A stretch of DNA of 39,024 nucleotides from Escherichia phage JSS1: sequence record KX689784; one strand, given 5' to 3'. Positions 34,188-39,024 of the stretch are shown here, in pieces. Both the position numbers and the translations under genes were made by a program. Every line of letters starts with the position of its first letter. Position 1 is the first letter of the stretch. The notes under the pieces are model-generated. The model saw only the letters and a program-made list of their open reading frames with translations, did not search any database and was not told the origin of the DNA.

Positions 34188-36869
34188 TTAAGCGAATGCA
34201 AAGTCTGAAGACAAGATGTCTTCGATATTCAGTTTACCTTTCTTCGGAAGCTCAGGCAGCTTGTCGCGCTGACTCTCATGTAGCTGGTATTCAAACTGCT
34301 CGTAGAAGTCAAGCAGCACATCGTTGTCTCGGTAGGTCTCAACCATCGTCTCACGGACGCCACGGAACAGATATTCAGCGTCAGCCGGGATGGTCCCAAA
34401 GCTATCGTGAATCACTGCGAATGACATCACGCCATACTTGCGGTGCGTGTGGACTACAGTCTTGCGGAGGTGGCTACCATCTTGCGAGTGGACGAAATTC
34501 GGGCTAATGCCTGACTCCTGCTTGTGCTTGTCCAGCTCCTTCTTAGTGCCTTTGTTGACTGTAGGCTGAAGGTTGAATGACCCTAGGAACATAAGGTTCA
34601 GACGAGTAGTATCCTTCTTGCGGTATTCCTGCCAGACAGGGAAACCATCAGGTGTGACCCAGTGTACCGGAAGGCAAGGCTTCAGGGTTTCACCAGTCTT
34701 CTTGTCCTTCACCTCAGCAGCCAGCAGCTTGGCAGCACCTTGCAGCCACTTCATCGCGTCAACCGCAGCAACTACGGTCACACTCACAGCTTCCCAAATC
34801 ATCTTAGCCATGAAGCGAGACGCTTGGCTTGGTTCAGTGAACATAGCGCCAGACCCTGAATCAATCGCTGGCATCACGATATCCTCGTAAACTTGGTCTG
34901 CGAAGCCATACTCTTTCGACCCGTAGGCCAGAGTCATGACCGAACGCTTAGTGACCTTGCGTGACATACCGTAGGTCAGCCACTGACGGGCCAGCTCTCG
35001 TGTCCCCAGCTTGAGACGTTCGGTAATCTCACCAGTTTTCTTGTCCTCGTGAGTTACCATCTCGTTGTCCGTACCGTTAACCAGCAGGACTTTAAGCTCC
35101 TCCTCAATGCGGTCGGACACGATGCGGTAGATGTCTTGGACCTTACCGGATGGCGTCAGGTTTACTGCATGTCCACCGATGTGGTCACGAAGCATCGCGC
35201 TGAAGTGCTGAATCCCAGAGCAGGACCCATCGAACGCTATCGGTAGCGAGCAGGAGTAAGACAGGCCGTGGTGCATTACGCCAGCATACTCGAAGCAGAA
35301 CGCAAGGAAGCAGAACGGAGAGTCTAACCTGCCCCACCACTCAATGCTATCCATCGGGGCTTTGGCAGCAGCCATGATGTTGTCGTGGTTGTCTTCCACC
35401 CACTTGATGCGCTCCTCGAAGGTGACTTTATCGACACCCGCACAGTTTGCACCATGGACCTTCAGCCATTTGAAACCATCAGCACCAATAGGCTTACCGA
35501 CTGCCAGAGTCAGGAGACCCTTCTGCATGTCGTTACCCTGAGGGTTGAACATCGGCACAGCGTAGACGCGACCGCGCCAGTCCATGTTGTATGGGAACCA
35601 GATGGCCTTGAACTGAGAGAACTTATTCGCTTGGTTGACGATAAAGCTCAGTGACAATCTGCGTGACTGTCTGGCCTTCTCGCGGCGATAGATGCCAGCA
35701 GCAGCCTTCTTCCATGCCTTGAGTTCCTCCTCGGTCTCACCCGCATAGTCCTCAGGCTTCAGTGGTTCCATCTGAGGGATGTCATCAATAGGCGTATTGT
35801 TCAGCTTCTCTACCATGTTCACCACGTCCAGCACCTTCTTGTTCACTTTCCAAGGTGTATTCTGGATGATGTTTACTGCCTCGTAGACTTCAGGCATATA
35901 CACGTCTTCGTAACGTGCTACCGCAGACTTAGACCCTAAGCGAATCAGTGGTAATGGTCTGCGACCTTTGGCCCAGTACCCACCACCTACGACACCCGTC
36001 CACGGCTTAGGTGGAACGACGCAAGGCTGATAGACTGGCGCAATACCCGCAAGGCTGAATCCACGTTGTGCCATCTTCTTTACCCAGAAGTCTGACAGGT
36101 GGACCATCTCAACATCAGTCGCTGCATTGCCAGCACCGTAACGCTTAAGCTCAACCAGTTGTGTAGACTGGATGACAATCTCAAGCATCTTGATGCCAAC
36201 GTGTACCGCTTCGGTCGGACTCCAAGTACCCCACGCATCTTCCAGTTGACCTTGCTCCAGCATGGAGGTCTCAACCGCTTGCATGTAGGCTTTCTTATAG
36301 GATGCCCCGGCTCGCTTGTTCAGGTTCTCAGCTATCGCCTTCTTGAAGTGCTCCTGCTCCTTGTCACGAATGCGACCGAAGCGGATTTCATCCTCAAGTG
36401 TACGGCCTATCGCGGAGGCCATCGGTGTAATCGGGATACCTTCAGGCTTGACCAGCTTGGAGAGGATGACCTTCAGTATGATGACCGCAGCAGACTCACA
36501 GGAGATGCGCAGAGAGCGGTCCTTTACGGCCTTCTCTTCAGTGCTCAACATGGTGAACGCTACGCTAGGACGAGAGGTTGACAGCTTCCCGTCTGGGCCT
36601 TCATGCCACTCCTTGACGGCTTGCGCAATCTTAGGGACCAGAGTCTGCATCAAAGGTTTGGCGACCTGATTGTCTGCCAGTTCCCCGCGCTCTGTCTGGC
36701 GCTCAAGGTTCTTGATGAAACGTCGCTCGCCTTCAGTGTATGCCTCATGCTCAAGCTGAAGCTGTTTTACTGCAAGGTCCTGCCCGTAGTGGTCGGCCAG
36801 CAGGTTAAACGGCTCAATTGCGTTCGACACGTCAGAGAAGTCGTGTTTGTCAATGGAGATGACGCTCAT
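34188..36869 (-). CDS. 1: DNA-directed RNA polymerase, single subunit (T7 gp1 homolog, 893 aa)
   Basis: Colinear with T7 RNAP (DFSD...PFN.LADHYG, RFGRIRD, PCVVPPKPWTG..GGGYWA.GRRPL, WFPYNMDWRGRVYA, DGSCSGIQHFSAMLRD, NFVHSQDGSHLRKTV, C-terminal FAFA). The segment between LQPT and HKQESGI, where my recollection places the T7 specificity loop, is diverged. Confidence 0.98.
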   Translation of the reverse strand: MSVISIDKHDFSDVSNAIEPFNLLADHYGQDLAVKQLQLEHEAYTEGERRFIKNLERQTERGELADNQVAKPLMQTLVPKIAQAVKEWHEGPDGKLSTSRPSVAFTMLSTEEKAVKDRSLRISCESAAVIILKVILSKLVKPEGIPITPMASAIGRTLEDEIRFGRIRDKEQEHFKKAIAENLNKRAGASYKKAYMQAVETSMLEQGQLEDAWGTWSPTEAVHVGIKMLEIVIQSTQLVELKRYGAGNAATDVEMVHLSDFWVKKMAQRGFSLAGIAPVYQPCVVPPKPWTGVVGGGYWAKGRRPLPLIRLGSKSAVARYEDVYMPEVYEAVNIIQNTPWKVNKKVLDVVNMVEKLNNTPIDDIPQMEPLKPEDYAGETEEELKAWKKAAAGIYRREKARQSRRLSLSFIVNQANKFSQFKAIWFPYNMDWRGRVYAVPMFNPQGNDMQKGLLTLAVGKPIGADGFKWLKVHGANCAGVDKVTFEERIKWVEDNHDNIMAAAKAPMDSIEWWGRLDSPFCFLAFCFEYAGVMHHGLSYSCSLPIAFDGSCSGIQHFSAMLRDHIGGHAVNLTPSGKVQDIYRIVSDRIEEELKVLLVNGTDNEMVTHEDKKTGEITERLKLGTRELARQWLTYGMSRKVTKRSVMTLAYGSKEYGFADQVYEDIVMPAIDSGSGAMFTEPSQASRFMAKMIWEAVSVTVVAAVDAMKWLQGAAKLLAAEVKDKKTGETLKPCLPVHWVTPDGFPVWQEYRKKDTTRLNLMFLGSFNLQPTVNKGTKKELDKHKQESGISPNFVHSQDGSHLRKTVVHTHRKYGVMSFAVIHDSFGTIPADAEYLFRGVRETMVETYRDNDVLLDFYEQFEYQLHESQRDKLPELPKKGKLNIEDILSSDFAFA

Positions 36870-36938
36870 ACTTAAAGTCCTTGTTATTAGTCTTTCACTT
36901 AAAGTCTCTTTGGTCTTTCACTTGGAGTCTTAGACCTT

Positions 36939-36961
36939 GAGTCCTATAGTGATAGTTAAGT
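36939..36961 (-). promoter_or_regulatory. Consensus-class phage RNAP promoter about 75 nt upstream of the RNAP gene
   Basis: Minus-strand ACTTAACTATCACTATAGGACTC, identical over -17 to +2 to the promoters at 747 and 13686. Transcript 5' end contains GACUCAAGGUC. Confidence 0.7.
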
Positions 36962-36966
36962 CAGAA

Positions 36967-37359
36967 TCACTTGCATATCAGTGGGTTAGCGTGAAGATGA
37001 CTGAAGTCACCATGAGTCGTGTGCTTGATGGTTGACCGTTGGTCTATCGCCTTCCAGCCTGAGACCAGAAGTTTACCATCGTCGGTGATCGGTCGTCCAC
37101 CATACGCCAGACACATCAGCTCGGACTTATGGCCCTCGGCCCGGAGTCGTGCCTGTAGTACACGGTCCCGCTCCTGCTGTTGACGTGCGGTGTGTGACGA
37201 GTGGCGATGCACATAAGCAGTCTTGTTCCCGGTCTCCTCCCAGTAGTTGCGACCACGAGAGTCCGTGCCGACGTACTTCCACTCTACGCCGTTCTTATCG
37301 GTGAAGGCGCGTAGCGCTGTGATTTGATCCAGTGCGTGTACCAGATTTGACATATTCAT
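36967..37359 (-). CDS. Hypothetical early protein (130 aa) at the T7 0.6/0.7 position
   Basis: ATG at 37359 in a TAATG overlap with the upstream ORF stop. Too short for a gp0.7-type kinase and no kinase motifs seen. The first ~20 aa loosely resemble my recollection of the T7 gp0.7 N-terminus. Confidence 0.6.
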   Translation of the reverse strand: MNMSNLVHALDQITALRAFTDKNGVEWKYVGTDSRGRNYWEETGNKTAYVHRHSSHTARQQQERDRVLQARLRAEGHKSELMCLAYGGRPITDDGKLLVSGWKAIDQRSTIKHTTHGDFSHLHANPLICK

Positions 37360-37556
37360 TACAGTTTGCTCCCTAAGGTTGCTATATCCCAGACGTTCGC
37401 TAAGTTGCGCATGAATCGTCCGTTAGGTTGACGTACAGTCCAGCGGACCAGACGTACATAGTTTAATTTGTAGACTTTACGCGCTTTGTTGATGTCTCTC
37501 ACCAGCACGTAGGCGATAAGTCCATAGCCTATGGCTATCAATAGTGCAGATATCAT
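37359..37556 (-). CDS. Small early protein (65 aa) with N-terminal transmembrane segment
   Basis: ATG at 37556; hydrophobic N-terminus ISALLIAIGYGLIAYVLV then a basic tail. Confidence 0.5.
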   Translation of the reverse strand: MISALLIAIGYGLIAYVLVRDINKARKVYKLNYVRLVRWTVRQPNGRFMRNLANVWDIATLGSKL

Positions 37557-37568
37557 AGCGATTTCCGT

Positions 37569-37814
37569 TTAATACAGTCGTATATCCCCCAAGCTATCAG
37601 AAAGATGACCGGAGATAAGCATACCCAATGTCCAATACTCATAGATTATCCCGCCAGTCCAATCCACATCAGTAGACCGCGCACGACCCCCTACCGGAGA
37701 GAATATTATGTCCACTGCCAGCCAGCCAAGACGTAGTGCATTCCCATCGACTATGACCGCAGTTAGCCATGACAGAATGATGGCGATGTAAAGTGCGATG
37801 ACTGTAAATTTCAT
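37569..37814 (-). CDS. Small early membrane protein (81 aa)
   Basis: ATG at 37814 with AGGAG RBS; N-terminal hydrophobic helix FTVIALYIAIILSWLTAVIV. Confidence 0.55.
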   Translation of the reverse strand: MKFTVIALYIAIILSWLTAVIVDGNALRLGWLAVDIIFSPVGGRARSTDVDWTGGIIYEYWTLGMLISGHLSDSLGDIRLY

Positions 37815-37882
37815 TAGTTAACTCCTATCAATTTAAGTGATAATCTTTGAGGCCACCTATCAGTTAGCTGACCTCTCGTCTA

Positions 37883-38032
37883 TCACTCAGCGTATAAGCT
37901 GTCGTGTATACGCTTGCGGCCATCATATACCGCTTTCAGGAGACGCATAGCCGCATCATGGTTTAACTGCCCGGTCTTGACCATAAGCCGGGCGTTGGTG
38001 ACGTGGTGCTGGCAGAGACCATAAGTTACCAT
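37883..38032 (-). CDS. 0.4: Small early protein (49 aa), candidate T7 gp0.4 homolog
   Basis: ATG at 38032 in a TGATG overlap with the ocr stop. YGL...AMRLLKAVY...YAE loosely matches my recollection of T7 gp0.4 (YGL...AMAQLKELY...SAE). Below the ORF-track cutoff. Confidence 0.35.
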   Translation of the reverse strand: MVTYGLCQHHVTNARLMVKTGQLNHDAAMRLLKAVYDGRKRIHDSLYAE

Positions 38033-38364
38033 CACTCGTCGCCCTCTTCAGCCTCAAACCAGACGACATCAGAGCTATTAGACACGTCGATATACAGCGC
38101 CTCATAGATGCGAGCTTGCAGTATATGCGTTACGTCCTTGGTCTCAGGCATCAGCCCAGAGTCTTCGAACTCATGGTCTATACCATCAGCAGCCATCACC
38201 GTGAAAATCTCGTGGTAATAGTGCGGAACATTGCCGTCTACGACCTCATGCAGCGCATCGCTGTAGTCGTCACCTTCAGCTATCTTGTCGTACTGAATAC
38301 GCTCGTTAAATGCCTCAACGGTTGCAGCCAGCAGCTCATAGTATGCATTGGCGTTACGTTCCAT
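38032..38364 (-). CDS. ocr: Ocr, DNA-mimic anti-restriction protein (T7 gp0.3 homolog, 110 aa)
   Basis: Strongly acidic and close to T7 Ocr: [45 protein letters not shown] versus T7 [45 protein letters not shown]. First gene after the early promoter region. Confidence 0.93.
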   Translation of the reverse strand: MERNANAYYELLAATVEAFNERIQYDKIAEGDDYSDALHEVVDGNVPHYYHEIFTVMAADGIDHEFEDSGLMPETKDVTHILQARIYEALYIDVSNSSDVVWFEAEEGDE

Positions 38365-38412
38365 AGTTATATCCTCTCAAAGTTAATCGTGTGTGTGTTA
38401 GTGACTATCAGT

Positions 38413-38444
38413 CAGGGCCTTCAGATGTAGACTCAAAGACCCTG
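38413..38444 (-). promoter_or_regulatory. Hairpin upstream of ocr, candidate RNase III site (T7 R0.3 position)
   Basis: Minus-strand RNA CAGGGUCUUUGAG...UGAAGGCCCUG can pair over about 11 bp; it sits in the position of the T7 R0.3 region. Confidence 0.3.
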
Positions 38445-38559
38445 TAGTTAGTCGCTATCGGCGCACATTAAGAGTTTATCCAGATTGTTAAAGAGCATTC
38501 GCGTTGGCTGTCGTCGCCGTGCTATCCCGTTTCAGTGTTGGGACTCACTGTCGTTTCGA

Positions 38560-38597
38560 TGTGGTACATATTACTTTAAGTCGTTACTGCTTGTCAA
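38560..38597 (-). promoter_or_regulatory. Host sigma70-type early promoter (T7 A3-like)
   Basis: Minus-strand TTGACA-18 nt-TAATAT then GTACCACATCGAAACGACAGTGAGTCC, which closely matches the T7 A3 initial transcribed sequence as I recall it. Confidence 0.5.
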
Positions 38598-38702
38598 CTA
38601 CTTTCTGTCATCTGCCTGTTTTTCGTATGACTTATCAGGCTGTCTACTTAACCAGGATGACCCGGCGTCTTCACTATCCGGTTGTTGCCGTGTCGTGTTG
38701 AC

Positions 38703-38738
38703 GGAAGCTATTAAGCCATAATCTAGACCTATAGTCAA
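38703..38738 (-). promoter_or_regulatory. Candidate host sigma70-type early promoter (T7 A1-like position)
   Basis: Minus-strand TTGACT-17 nt-CTTAAT; good -35 but weak -10. Confidence 0.3.
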
Positions 38739-38849
38739 TAGGTAATCTTAAATAATATTGATTAAGCTATCGTCGGCCTCATAGTGTAAGAGGATATAGT
38801 CTTTGACTAACATGTCTTTGACCTTAAGTCTATAGCTGTGTGTCTATTA

Positions 38850-39024
38850 ACTGTAGGTCTCTGACTGTGGGTGTTGGTGTCTTATGGTTGTGACTGTAGG
38901 TTAGTTAGACTGTAGGTACAGCAGGAGTCAATGACTGTAGGTAGTGAGACTGTAGGTTGTAGGACCTATGGTTGTGACTGTAGGTCGGTGAGACTGTAGG
39001 TTGTAGGACTTATGGTTGTTGAGA
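38850..39024. repeat. Array of (GA)CTGTAGGT short direct repeats with a nested ~44 bp higher-order repeat
   Basis: At least 8 copies of CTGTAGGT (one CTGTGGGT) at 14-28 bp spacing. GAGACTGTAGGTTGTAGGAC(C/T)TATGGTTGT occurs at 38946 and 38990. Same motif family as at window positions 236-276. Confidence 0.7.

Noticed and set aside
36099-36581. 160 aa plus-strand ORF
   Set aside because: Antisense to the RNA polymerase gene.
38726-38745. Phage-promoter-like sequence CCTATTGACTATAGGTC (phiOL-like position)
   Set aside because: Has an extra base and a G at -7 relative to the consensus, so it is unlikely to be used by the phage RNAP. The same bases fit better as the -35 TTGACT of a host sigma70 promoter.
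38850-39024. Possible CRISPR array suggested by regularly spaced short repeats
   Set aside because: Repeat unit is only about 10 bp with irregular 14-28 bp spacing and degenerate copies, and there are no cas genes. It resembles the short terminal repeat arrays of T7-like genomes.

Overview
The window is a near-complete genome of a T7-like podophage (Autographiviridae, T7 supergroup) in reverse-complement orientation. Every credible gene is on the minus strand, in canonical T7 order: ocr (gene 0.3, ~38.3 kb), small early genes, RNA polymerase, 1.1/1.2, ligase, 1.6/1.7, gene 2, SSB, endonuclease I, lysozyme, primase-helicase, DNA polymerase, 5.5/5.7, exonuclease, 6.5-7.3, portal, scaffold, capsid 10A/10B, tail tubular A/B, core proteins 13-16, tail fiber, holin, small terminase, spanins and large terminase (~1.3 kb). 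Identifications rest on protein similarity to T7 recalled from memory plus synteny; no database search was run. I found 11 copies of a phage-promoter motif (consensus about TAAACTATCACTATAGGGA on the minus strand), two intrinsic terminators at the T7 TE and Tphi positions, three conserved hairpins at the T7 R1.1, R4.7 and R18.5 positions, and a GGUUUUC -1 frameshift site at the end of the capsid gene. Departures from T7 are three free-standing HNH endonuclease genes, a consensus phage promoter directly upstream of the RNAP gene, a tail fiber with a long non-T7 C-terminal domain, a different gp16 N-terminal domain, and several accessory ORFs of unknown function, with no 0.7 kinase-sized gene. 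I could not identify a specific novel system from sequence alone; the accessory ORFs are the best candidates for experimental follow-up. Both window ends are non-coding arrays of GACTGTAGGT-type short repeats, consistent with the contig being opened inside the terminal region. Plus-strand ORFs in the track are antisense to conserved genes and are rejected.
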